Source: Minisyncoccota bacterium (GTDB lineage: Bacteria > Patescibacteriota > Microgenomatia > PFEM01 > JAFGMK01). Taken from it: a stretch of 64,000 nucleotides of DNA. The stretch's first letter is position 1. Each line of letters begins with the position of its first letter. The stretch lies in assembly GCA_016927565.1 (NCBI GenBank), contig JAFGMK010000008.1, positions 1,115 through 65,114 on the forward strand, written 5' to 3'. The notes beneath the pieces are model-generated. The model did no database searches. It saw only the letters and a program-made list of their open reading frames with translations, and was not told where the DNA came from. A program made the position numbers and the translations under genes. This document shows, piece after piece, positions 8,650-17,654 of this stretch.

Positions 8650-9576
8650 TTATTTTGAGCCCCAACTGTATTTAAATTCCTTTTTTGCCCATTTTTTCCA
8701 TGCTTCTGGATCGCTTGATCCTTTGGGCGCTTCTTCCTGTCCGTGTTTTCCTTTAGCAATAGCTTCTAATACTGAAAGGGCCATTTGCCGAATGACATCG
8801 GAATTATGAGTCAGAAGTTTTAAAATATGACTGTATAATTCAGATCCTGTCGCGCCATCTTCTCCGAATTTAAGTCTGTAGTGATAGCCATGTGTTTCTA
8901 TTACGTACTGGAAGAATTCAGCAATTCTCGAATTAGGATTACATAACAAGCAGTTTAAAATTGAGGCAATATATTCAAGGTGGTTCATTAAAAACAGGGT
9001 GCCTTGGTATTGAGACCACATCTCTTTATTTCCCCCTTGTCCCACATTCACGAGAATTTCTTTGAGGCGACTATTCATTTCAGGCCATTTTATCCCTTGT
9101 GAATCGGAGGCGTTTTTATGCTTAGTCGGTTGTTTACCGCGCCTCTGTGCTATAAGATGTTTAGAAAACTTCCAAAGTCCGTTCCATGGAAGCTTAATTT
9201 TAGGATGAAGCCGATCATGACTAATATTTGATGGGCGGTACCCCCTTAGGAGTAATCTAGCCAGATGTTTATCAATCCAGGCCTTACAAAACATTAACTC
9301 TGCTAAGTCTCTGGGTATTGGTATCCATTCACTTTGTTGACGCTCGCGGAGACCCATCGGAGATATGAAATTTTCGCAGGTGTCGTTTGGATTCCGAAAG
9401 ATACATTCCCAACAACATTTTTTTACTTTAATCCGACCGTAATTTTTATTTGGACTTTCTTCTAATAATTTACGCGTTTTTTCCAGTAGTTTGTTAAACT
9501 CATGTTCTGGCACCCATTCTTTGGCTTTCTTAACCATTTGTGCTAATTTTTTAGCGTCAGAATTTATCATATCCAC
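8650..9576 (-). CDS. hypothetical protein (Cys-containing, helical C-terminus)
   Basis: 308-aa ORF lying 3 nt downstream of the membrane-protein gene on the same strand. Confidence 0.45.
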   Translation of the reverse strand: MDMINSDAKKLAQMVKKAKEWVPEHEFNKLLEKTRKLLEESPNKNYGRIKVKKCCWECIFRNPNDTCENFISPMGLRERQQSEWIPIPRDLAELMFCKAWIDKHLARLLLRGYRPSNISHDRLHPKIKLPWNGLWKFSKHLIAQRRGKQPTKHKNASDSQGIKWPEMNSRLKEILVNVGQGGNKEMWSQYQGTLFLMNHLEYIASILNCLLCNPNSRIAEFFQYVIETHGYHYRLKFGEDGATGSELYSHILKLLTHNSDVIRQMALSVLEAIAKGKHGQEEAPKGSSDPEAWKKWAKKEFKYSWGSK

Positions 9577-9579
9577 AAG

Positions 9580-10659
9580 TTATTTTATTGTAAGGCTTTC
9601 CAGAATTCGACTACCTTCAATACTTGTTTCTCCTAAATAAACAAAATACATCCGGTCTCCTTTTAGTATATAAACGTAATGGCCTTCTCCGTTCATTTCT
9701 GGCAGAGTAACTTGCCTGCCTATGGCATTTTTAATTGGAAAGTCTTGAGTTGGTTGCTCTTGTTCAGGACGTGTGCCAATTGATGGCCCGAAGTTATCTG
9801 GGTAAAAACCATATTGGCTATACCACGAATCAATACTTATCATATTGGAGTTATCGAATAACCAAATTCTCATGTGAGTTCTTTTATTTTTATCAACTAG
9901 TTTGATCCCATATAGAAACTTGGGTGGTTCATAACCCATTAAATTTATAAAATGGACCTTGATGCTACTATCTAAATTGCCTTCTCGACCATAGATTATT
10001 TCATCATCAGGTGCTACTTGATATTTATCTTCTGGATATCGGAAGGAAAAAGAGCAACTGTTATTCTTGTAGGTTTGCCATAAAGAGGAATCAATCTTTT
10101 CTTCAATAGTTGGAAAAGGCGAAGGTTTTATAGAAGAAGCTCGTTGACTTTTCAACCTAAAATCTCTTCCAAAGAACAACCAGAACAAAAGAACTAAAAA
10201 AGGAATAGTCAGAATTGCACCGATCCTCACCGGTCGATTTCTATGACGAATAAGTTTGCCTATTCCAATGCCAGTATAGCCACAGATAACAACGGCAAAG
10301 AATCCTAAAATACCACCCGCCCCAAAAGCAGGTTTTTCGGTCATGGCACTGTAGGTTTCGCCAATTATCATCAGGCCAATAAGCGCCGGGATTGCCCGAG
10401 CCCAAGAGATATCGCCACTCCGCCGAAAAGCAATCAGAAAAACAACACACGAAGCCAGAGACCAAGGAACCGCTTCTAAGTATGATAATTCTAATCCGAC
10501 CATGCCCCAAAAGAATGGAATTACTAACAATCCTCCGATAATAAAAATGCCAAGCATAAAGGGAAGATAATCTGCTTGTTTAAACAGGGCGTTCTTAACT
10601 ACTTTTTCTTCGGATAGATTGTGACTATTAGTATTGTTAGAAACAGATACTTGTTTCAT
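9580..10659 (-). CDS. hypothetical membrane protein (N-terminal multi-TM, C-terminal extracytoplasmic domain)
   Basis: 359 aa. About 5 hydrophobic helices in the first 170 residues, then a hydrophilic domain. Confidence 0.5.
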   Translation of the reverse strand: MKQVSVSNNTNSHNLSEEKVVKNALFKQADYLPFMLGIFIIGGLLVIPFFWGMVGLELSYLEAVPWSLASCVVFLIAFRRSGDISWARAIPALIGLMIIGETYSAMTEKPAFGAGGILGFFAVVICGYTGIGIGKLIRHRNRPVRIGAILTIPFLVLLFWLFFGRDFRLKSQRASSIKPSPFPTIEEKIDSSLWQTYKNNSCSFSFRYPEDKYQVAPDDEIIYGREGNLDSSIKVHFINLMGYEPPKFLYGIKLVDKNKRTHMRIWLFDNSNMISIDSWYSQYGFYPDNFGPSIGTRPEQEQPTQDFPIKNAIGRQVTLPEMNGEGHYVYILKGDRMYFVYLGETSIEGSRILESLTIK

Positions 10660-10662
10660 TTT

Positions 10663-11029
10663 TCACTTTCTCTCGGGTTGACTTTATCCAGTGCTTTCTT
10701 ACTGCTTCAGCGATTTCTTTCAATTCGCCATTTTTTAAGCTCTTGGTTGTCAAGATCAACGGTTTTGATTCGGTAATAGCCATAACGAGCTTGAAGGGCT
10801 AATACGATCCACATTGCGCCAAGGCCGGTAAAAAACGCGCCAGTAAAGGTGGGATTTTTCCCGCAGAGAGGCTAAATTTGTTTTTAAACTTGAGTAGGCG
10901 TTTGTCAGTTGCGTAATAGTCTGCCTTTCCGCAGGAGAGCTTTGAAATAGTTTTTTCTCTCTCTGGCAATTGTTTTTCGACCCATGCGGGAGTTTCGATT
11001 TTCTCTATAATATATCACCTCCTATCGCA
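10663..11029 (-). pseudogene. possible frameshifted small PH-domain-like (bPH) protein remnant
   Basis: Three successive minus-strand frames encode 'EKTISKLSCGKADYYATDKRLLKFKNKF', 'ALQARYGYYRIKTVDLDNQ' and 'MAITESKPLILTTKSLKNGELKEIAEAVRKHW'. No intact ORF. Weak. Confidence 0.25.
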
Positions 11030-12295
11030 TCACGGGCGTAATTTTTTATAATAAATTCCGCATTTCTCTGAATCCTTAGTATTCTTATATCTCTCATCGT
11101 CCCAAACAAGATGAACATTATTTTCTGAATCAATCGCTATTAAAGGAAATATAGAACCGTATTTAGCATTGGTTACTCTAATATCATCGTTTAGAGCCTT
11201 TCCGTTATTATCAAGCTTCTTGTAATAAATCTCGTAGTTAGTCGCCCCTGACTTAAATTCCTCTTCGTTTCTATCATCTCTCCACGCCAGGCAGACATTA
11301 TCGTTTGAATCAATCGCAATCGAAGGATCTCCGCAATAAATCTTTGCCTCAACTAATTTAATCTCGCCCGTCAAATCAACTCCGTCCTTGCCTAGTTTTT
11401 TATAGTAAATATCCCATTTTTTGGGTCTTCTATTATCCTGCCAGGCAATATGAACATTATCGCTGGAATCAAGAGCAATTGAAGGGCTTACGGCAGAAAA
11501 TCCTTCCGATATTTTGATGTCATCAGTCAGGCTATCTCCATTCTGATCCTGCTTTTTATAATAGATAACATCGTCGTTTCCCCAAACGAGGTGGATATTA
11601 TTGTTTGAATCAATGGCAATTAAAGGCCTTTCGCTGCTCCTCCCACCAGCCTTTCCTATTCTGATTTCACCACTTAAGTCGTTACCATTATTATCCAACT
11701 TCTTGTAGCAAGCCTCCTCACTGGAATTATCCACCCAAGCAATGTAAACATTATCATGTGAGTTAACTGCAATAGAAGGTGGTTGTATAATACTGGTGGT
11801 AGTTGCCACCTTGATCTCGCTACCCAGGCTATTGCCGTTATTGTCCAGCTTCTTGTAGTAAATTCCCATTACCTCATTTGACAAACCTTGCCACGCGATA
11901 TGGATATTGGTATTTGGATCAATCACCATTGAAATGTCATAGGCCTTATCGGTTGTGACTCTAACATTATCCACTAAGGGATTGCCGTTATTATCTAATT
12001 TTTTGTAATAAACTCCTGCCAGTTCGGGAATACTATTTGTTGCCACTATGTAAACATTGTCATTTGAGTCAAGTGCCATTGAGAATTCGCTTGAAAACCC
12101 ACCGCCGGTTAATACTCCAACCTCACCAGAAGGATGTACATTAGCTATCTGTTGCTTAATAGAGCCAATCACTCCTGGTTCTTCCGCGGCGGGAGTTTTG
12201 TCTGATTTTCGCACGAATCTAACTGCTAAAAAAGCTCCGGTTATCAAAATTATTAAAAATATCAATATCCCTAAATTTTTGGTATTTTTTCCCAT
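11030..12295 (-). CDS. secreted/anchored tandem-repeat protein (about 8 copies of a ~48-aa repeat; beta-propeller-like)
   Basis: 421 aa with an N-terminal hydrophobic anchor. Repeat units end in 'YYKKLDNNGN.L...I.V' and begin 'IA(I/L)DS.DN.HI.W' (YYKKLDNNGNPL, YYKKLDNNGNSL, YKKLDNNGNDL, YYKKQDQNGDSL, YYKKLGKDGVDL, YYKKLDNNGKAL, YYKKL). Confidence 0.6.
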   Translation of the reverse strand: MGKNTKNLGILIFLIILITGAFLAVRFVRKSDKTPAAEEPGVIGSIKQQIANVHPSGEVGVLTGGGFSSEFSMALDSNDNVYIVATNSIPELAGVYYKKLDNNGNPLVDNVRVTTDKAYDISMVIDPNTNIHIAWQGLSNEVMGIYYKKLDNNGNSLGSEIKVATTTSIIQPPSIAVNSHDNVYIAWVDNSSEEACYKKLDNNGNDLSGEIRIGKAGGRSSERPLIAIDSNNNIHLVWGNDDVIYYKKQDQNGDSLTDDIKISEGFSAVSPSIALDSSDNVHIAWQDNRRPKKWDIYYKKLGKDGVDLTGEIKLVEAKIYCGDPSIAIDSNDNVCLAWRDDRNEEEFKSGATNYEIYYKKLDNNGKALNDDIRVTNAKYGSIFPLIAIDSENNVHLVWDDERYKNTKDSEKCGIYYKKLRP

Positions 12296-12298
12296 AAC

Positions 12299-13600
12299 TT
12301 ATTGTTTCTTTTTTGATTGCACAGATTTCCAAAAAATATCTTGGTGACCTGTACACAGGTATAAACCGATTTTATTGCCTTTTTCTTCTATATAGAAATC
12401 TGGTAAATCCGGTTGCTTTTTTTCGGGCAAGTTGCGCAGTTTAACAAAAAATATTTGTCCGTCTTCTTCTCTAACCACTTCTAGGTTGGGATGTTCAAAC
12501 CGGACAGTAAATACGCCCTTTATTATCATAAGTTTTGTTCCGAAGGGTGTTCTGAAAGCATCAGAGAGGTCAAGGTTTGCCATAGTCTTGTCATTTCGTG
12601 CCAGCAAAGAAAAAGAATTACGTTGGATATGCCGTTGCCAGTGATCATCCATGGCTTTAATTAACGGCATAAAGACTAAGGCCGGACAAAAAGGATAAAT
12701 TAATAACCAGACAGGATTCCATTTGAAATGCCCTTTCTCTTCCTCAAGCTGATGTTGGCCCCTCATTTTTTTCAAAATCTTATAGGTGCGGCAAACAACG
12801 TCATAGCCAAGAGTAAAGTAACTAGTCCAGCAATTCATAAATCCTGAGGCCCATCCTAAAGACTCAATCTCGTTACTATGCAGATAGGCCTCATCTAAAA
12901 AATTGAACCGTGCCCTTTTGCCAAAACCAAGGACAAAAGGACCCAGGGGCAGGGGAAGGAGAAACGAAAGAAAAAACGGGAGCCAGCCAATGATAGGGAT
13001 CCACATCCACCAATAAGTATCAATTTGGGTAGCGCCAATTAGTGGCTTAATATATCTTAAACACAATTTTCTGCTTTCTTTAGCTTCACCGAAGTCGGGA
13101 TCTATTTTCAAAGCATTATCGAAACATTTTAAACCTTCTTCGTGGTTGTTTAATTCTGCCAGGGCTTGCCCCTTATCCCACCAAGCAAGTTTTTCGAATG
13201 TCCCCGATTTTATTTCCAGTGCTTTATTAAAACACTCTACAGATTCCTGAGGCCTCCTGAGGTTGAATAGGGAATGCCCTTTAGTGTACCAAATGATGTC
13301 GTCTTTCCGAGTCAGTTCCGGATTCTTCTCAATAACCTTCTCACAACAGGCTAGCGCCTCTTCATGTCTACCCAAATTTGCCAAGCAATACCCCTTTTGA
13401 CTTAGAGCCAAAGCATTATCTGGGTTTAACTTTAGTACTTTCTCGTAACATTCCAGCGCTTCCTCAAATTTATGTTCCTTATATAGAGAAAATCCTTTGT
13501 CATGCCATTCTCTTGCGGTTAAGCCGTTTATTTGGTTTCTGGTCTTTGTTTTTCCAAACAACTTACCAAATATTTCCATCGAAAACATTTTACCATACAA
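12299..13600 (-). CDS. TPR-repeat protein with C-terminal membrane segments
   Basis: 433 aa. N-terminal TPR units ('EEALECYEKVLKLNPDNALALSQKGYCL', 'EEALACCEKVIEKNPE'). Hydrophobic helices around residues 190-320. Confidence 0.65.
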   Translation of the reverse strand: MYGKMFSMEIFGKLFGKTKTRNQINGLTAREWHDKGFSLYKEHKFEEALECYEKVLKLNPDNALALSQKGYCLANLGRHEEALACCEKVIEKNPELTRKDDIIWYTKGHSLFNLRRPQESVECFNKALEIKSGTFEKLAWWDKGQALAELNNHEEGLKCFDNALKIDPDFGEAKESRKLCLRYIKPLIGATQIDTYWWMWIPIIGWLPFFLSFLLPLPLGPFVLGFGKRARFNFLDEAYLHSNEIESLGWASGFMNCWTSYFTLGYDVVCRTYKILKKMRGQHQLEEEKGHFKWNPVWLLIYPFCPALVFMPLIKAMDDHWQRHIQRNSFSLLARNDKTMANLDLSDAFRTPFGTKLMIIKGVFTVRFEHPNLEVVREEDGQIFFVKLRNLPEKKQPDLPDFYIEEKGNKIGLYLCTGHQDIFWKSVQSKKKQ

Positions 13601-13749
13601 ATTTTGAATTCACCCAGCGAAGAAAAGCTATTGTGATAAACGAAAAGCCAATTTCGGAGACTAGGAGGATTTTAATCAATCTATTGGCCTCTCGAAGTGA
13701 TGTATATCAAAGTATATCACTCAAAAAACGAGATATTCCCTTTTTATAG

Positions 13750-13862
13750 TGTTCCATTTGTCTCACTTCGACTTCGCTCAGTGTTATAACATTTAGCCTC
13801 AGAATAAAACATTGGGAATTGTGAGTTATAATGACTAAAAGGTCCCAGACCGATCTGCTCAA
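13750..13862 (+). repeat. conserved non-coding element, copy B (same as 5098-5192, with a ~21-nt insertion), upstream of the second GNAT gene
   Basis: Shares 'CATTTGTCTCACTTCG(A)CTTCGCTCAGTGT', 'AACATTTA', 'GAGTTATAATGACTAAAAGGTCCCAGACC', 'TCTGCTCA' with copy A. Confidence 0.55.
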
Positions 13863-14072
13863 AAAAAGGCAGAAGAATTTTTTGTTCGTTATTAAAACCT
13901 AACGCAACCAATGAAGATTAAAGAGGCGCATAAATATATTAAAGTACACTGGAAAGTTTAGGGGAGTAGTGTAAAGAGTCTAGCTTAGTCAATTTTTCAG
14001 AAGCCGGGCTGAGGTTACGACGTTAAAAGTTATAAGGGCAATTGGACACCAGACCATGAAGATCGGCACTAT

Positions 14073-14468
14073 ATGATAAGAAAAGCCAAAGCATCTGATT
14101 CCAAAAAAATTGAGTCCCTAATGAAATCGGTTAGGGGTTTTTGGGATAAATCGTGGCGGAATAATGTCATTCAATCGGGAATAAAAGCTTCAAACGGCTT
14201 ATCTTTTGTTTATGAGGAAAATGGCAACATCTTAGGTTTTATTTGCGCACACGATTTGGGTTTCAGAGGCTATTTGAGCGAATTAATCGTGGCTTCCGGA
14301 AAACAACATCAAGGAATAGGGAAAAAACTGCTAGTAAAAGTAGAAAGCGAACTTAATAAAAGAGGATGCTGTGTTTTAATCTCTGATGTTTGGAAGGGCG
14401 CTAAAAGGTTTTATGAAAACTCCGGCTGGAGTGAGCCTGATGTGGTCTTGCTCAGGAAAAAATTATAG
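14073..14468 (+). CDS. GNAT family N-acetyltransferase
   Basis: 131 aa. 'QHQGIGKKLLVKVE' acetyl-CoA-binding motif A. Not similar in sequence to the GNAT at 5229. Confidence 0.75.
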   Translation: MIRKAKASDSKKIESLMKSVRGFWDKSWRNNVIQSGIKASNGLSFVYEENGNILGFICAHDLGFRGYLSELIVASGKQHQGIGKKLLVKVESELNKRGCCVLISDVWKGAKRFYENSGWSEPDVVLLRKKL

Positions 14469-14491
14469 TCATCTTTACAATTTAAAAAATA

Positions 14492-14520
14492 ATTTCGAAT
14501 AGCGCTTATACTCGCCAGCC
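14492..14520 (+). repeat. conserved 3' flank of GNAT gene, copy B
   Basis: 'TTTCGAATAGCGCTTATACTCGCCAGCC' matches the flank at 5755-5785. Confidence 0.45.
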
Positions 14521-14796
14521 ACATTGGGCGCCCCGGTGGCCCAGCTGCCTCGATTGCGCTCGTGATACTTGCTTTAAACTGCTGATTTATCACTCAAACA
14601 TTCGGGCCCTACTTTTGGTATCCCGGACATTCTGATTTTTTAGTTAGCGCAAATCACTCCTGCGAGATGGTCGCGAAGTCTATAATGGATTCCAGAATTC
14701 GGACACCGGCGTAAGATACCATTGATATGGTAAGTAATTGTCGGAGAATTTGCTAATGGACTAATAGTCATACTATGATGTATAAAAGAAAAGGGT

Positions 14797-17643
14797 ATGG
14801 ATTTAACCAAGAGGAAAATAATACTTTTAATCATCTTCTTAACAAGTTTTTTTACCTTTGTCGAATCTGTTTCCGCTCAAGCTTCTTCTGATTGGTATAT
14901 GGCCGGGGCTAATCAGCAAAGGACCAGCTGGGTTTCTGAAGAGGTAAAGGGATTTTTATCACCCCGCTGGTATGTGAATTTTCACCCCTGGATCAACACC
15001 AAAATTCAGCCGATTGGTTCTCACGGTTTGATTTATGTTTCTACTGCAAGAGGGCTTTACGCTCTGAATGCTAACAACGGGAATGTCGCTTGGGTTTATC
15101 CGACCGAGATGGCGTTAGGCCATTCACCGACAATTGTGGGCGATGTCTTGTATGTCGGCGGTTATGATAAGAAGATCCATGCGATCAGAGCGAATCCTAA
15201 TACCAGTTCTTTGCCTGTCGACAGTAAAACCGGCTACCGGATCAATAATCAGATTGTTTGGATTTTTAATGGCGGAGAGGCGGGTTTTGAAACTAATCCC
15301 CTGGTAGTTGACGGGTCAGTTTATGCGGGCAATCGTGATGGCTATTTTTATGCTTTGAATGCTTCAAACGGAAACTTGAAATGGAAGTATAAAACTAATG
15401 GTCCGATTCTCTTTTCTGCCGCCTATAAAGATGGGGTGATTTACCTGGCCTCAAACGATGCTCATGCGTATGCTTTGAATACTAACGGAAGCTTAAAATG
15501 GAAATCTGCCAAGCTGCCAATTGCCGGATTTTATTCATTTTGGCCGGTAGTTTATACTGACCATCAAAGCGGCCGGGATTATGTTATTTTTACTTCTGCC
15601 CACAATTACTTGGCCGACGGTTTCCTGCGAATCAACGAAGTTAAATTTGATTATACCGAATTAGTTGAAGTTTTTCACGCCCACGGTTGTACTCAAGAAA
15701 ATCAGCTTTGCAGTCCCCTGCGTAATGAGCCGTATCCCGGTGGTTGGGTTAGCGGCACGCAAACTATGGACTTGGGTTTCGTCAGTGATTATTTTACTCA
15801 AAAGCCTTACAGGAGAACTTATTTGGTTCTTCGTGTAAGTGACGGGGCTGATTATACTGCAGATGGATACCGGCAACCGCCGTTTCTTTGGGGTGGCAGT
15901 ACTCATAGCGGCAGCAAGTATCCTCCAATGGTGGGATCAGATAATGTCTTATACCAATATGCTAACTATCTGGGTGATCAATATATTGCTGAGGGCCGGA
16001 CGGTAGGCTGGAAATTTGGGACTTCAATTGTCAGTAGAATTGCCCAGTCAAGTAGCGCTATTGACGAACTTTATTCGGTCGCTGGCGGCGGTGATTTGTC
16101 TTATTTTCAACATTGGGAAAGCGAGGCGGGTGCCTTCAATTATGTCAATGGCGGAGAAGAAATCTACTATCAATATGGTGATAATTTTCCCTCAGGGTGC
16201 GGCAGAATGTATCCGGATTGGGTTGCTTATGGCAAGGAGAATGAAGATGGAGCGATTAATGGAGTTTATGGCGGCCCGCAAAGTCCGCCGATTCCTTACA
16301 ATGGGAAGGTTTATTTATTTAATAGCAATTGTCTTTTGGCTCTGGAGAGAGGCGGTTCGGCCAACTCCCCTCTAGCGACGATTCAGCCGGTTGAGAGTGA
16401 GCAGGACGGGCTTGTATTTAATGATGCCGTGCTTGAACAAAAACTCACAAATGAAATTCAAAAAATGATTGATTCCGGTCACTTGAGGCCGGGCTATCAT
16501 GGTTCTACTCAGGGCGACTGGATGATGGCAAGTGAGCATGACTATCTTAATCATTATTTTTCCAACCCCGGGGAAACTATCTATACCCTGCTTTTAGCTT
16601 TGGATGTTTTAAGAAGCAAGCCGATTGCCAATAATCTTAGGAATTACATTCAGCAGGAATATAATGCTTATCCGCCCCATAGTATTGCCCACATCGGCTG
16701 GAATTCCGGAGCGAAAAGAGAAGCCTATGATACGCTTCCCAATGTTCAATCGGCGATGAATAATTTTGGATCTTTGAGTTCTACAGGTAATCATTGGAGG
16801 CTTCCTCCGTTTTCAGTGTATGCTCTTTGGTTATACGCCAGAGAATTCGGCAATGCCAATCAAATTTTAAATCAGGTTCAGAATAAGCTTGATTCACCTC
16901 CGACCAATGACTTTGCAAACTATCCTTTTGTCCACAATGCTTATATTGCCGGCTACATCGGTTATTGCAAGCTGGAAGAACTAGCCAACACGGGCAGCAA
17001 TAATCAGGGAATTCCCCAAGGATGTTCGAAGCAAAGCACTCTCAATAATCTTTTAAGCTCAAGAGTCAGCGGTTTTGATAAGAATAATCATCTTACAGGA
17101 TGGCACGATTATTTTCGCGCCTTCACCGGTTCAAGAAATTTTATGTTCATGGTGCCGGAGCTGGCAGATTATATGAATCAGCATATTCTTGGCAAAGTCA
17201 ATGAAGCTGTTGATGAGTATAATTACTATATTCCCGGCTGGTTTGTTTCTAAATATGACAGTACTTTTGAAGAGGGTATGATTCAGTACCTTTATGATTA
17301 TCCCGCTCTTTTTCAGGCCAAAGCCTACATTCTTAAACAATCTCGAGAGGAATTAAGCAAGTATCTGGATGTCCCGGCATTTGAAAGAGGAGATCTCTTC
17401 TATATTCAAAACCTCATAGCGGCGATTAAAGCAAGTTCATCGTCACCGCCAGTCACTCCTACCCCCAGTTCATGTTCAGCCAATGTCAACAATGACGGTT
17501 CGGTCGGAATGCTTGATTTTCTTCAAGTAATTGGCGTTTGGGGAAACAGGGGAGCCCGACTGGTTGAAGATATCAATAATGACGGCAAAGTGAACATAAT
17601 TGATTTGGGAAGAGTGATAAAAGAGTGGGGGAGCAATTGTTAA
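14797..17643 (+). CDS. secreted PQQ-repeat beta-propeller protein with C-terminal dockerin-like module
   Basis: 948 aa with a signal peptide. PQQ-type repeats ('YALNANNGNVAWVY', 'YALNASNGNLKWKY', 'YALNTNGSLKWKS'). C-terminal pair of Ca-loop motifs 'NVNNDGSVGMLD' and 'DINNDGKVNIID' followed by 'W G' helices (dockerin type I pattern). Paralog of 27977-30931. Confidence 0.7.
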   Translation: MDLTKRKIILLIIFLTSFFTFVESVSAQASSDWYMAGANQQRTSWVSEEVKGFLSPRWYVNFHPWINTKIQPIGSHGLIYVSTARGLYALNANNGNVAWVYPTEMALGHSPTIVGDVLYVGGYDKKIHAIRANPNTSSLPVDSKTGYRINNQIVWIFNGGEAGFETNPLVVDGSVYAGNRDGYFYALNASNGNLKWKYKTNGPILFSAAYKDGVIYLASNDAHAYALNTNGSLKWKSAKLPIAGFYSFWPVVYTDHQSGRDYVIFTSAHNYLADGFLRINEVKFDYTELVEVFHAHGCTQENQLCSPLRNEPYPGGWVSGTQTMDLGFVSDYFTQKPYRRTYLVLRVSDGADYTADGYRQPPFLWGGSTHSGSKYPPMVGSDNVLYQYANYLGDQYIAEGRTVGWKFGTSIVSRIAQSSSAIDELYSVAGGGDLSYFQHWESEAGAFNYVNGGEEIYYQYGDNFPSGCGRMYPDWVAYGKENEDGAINGVYGGPQSPPIPYNGKVYLFNSNCLLALERGGSANSPLATIQPVESEQDGLVFNDAVLEQKLTNEIQKMIDSGHLRPGYHGSTQGDWMMASEHDYLNHYFSNPGETIYTLLLALDVLRSKPIANNLRNYIQQEYNAYPPHSIAHIGWNSGAKREAYDTLPNVQSAMNNFGSLSSTGNHWRLPPFSVYALWLYAREFGNANQILNQVQNKLDSPPTNDFANYPFVHNAYIAGYIGYCKLEELANTGSNNQGIPQGCSKQSTLNNLLSSRVSGFDKNNHLTGWHDYFRAFTGSRNFMFMVPELADYMNQHILGKVNEAVDEYNYYIPGWFVSKYDSTFEEGMIQYLYDYPALFQAKAYILKQSREELSKYLDVPAFERGDLFYIQNLIAAIKASSSSPPVTPTPSSCSANVNNDGSVGMLDFLQVIGVWGNRGARLVEDINNDGKVNIIDLGRVIKEWGSNC

Positions 17644-17654
17644 TTGCTTTATAA

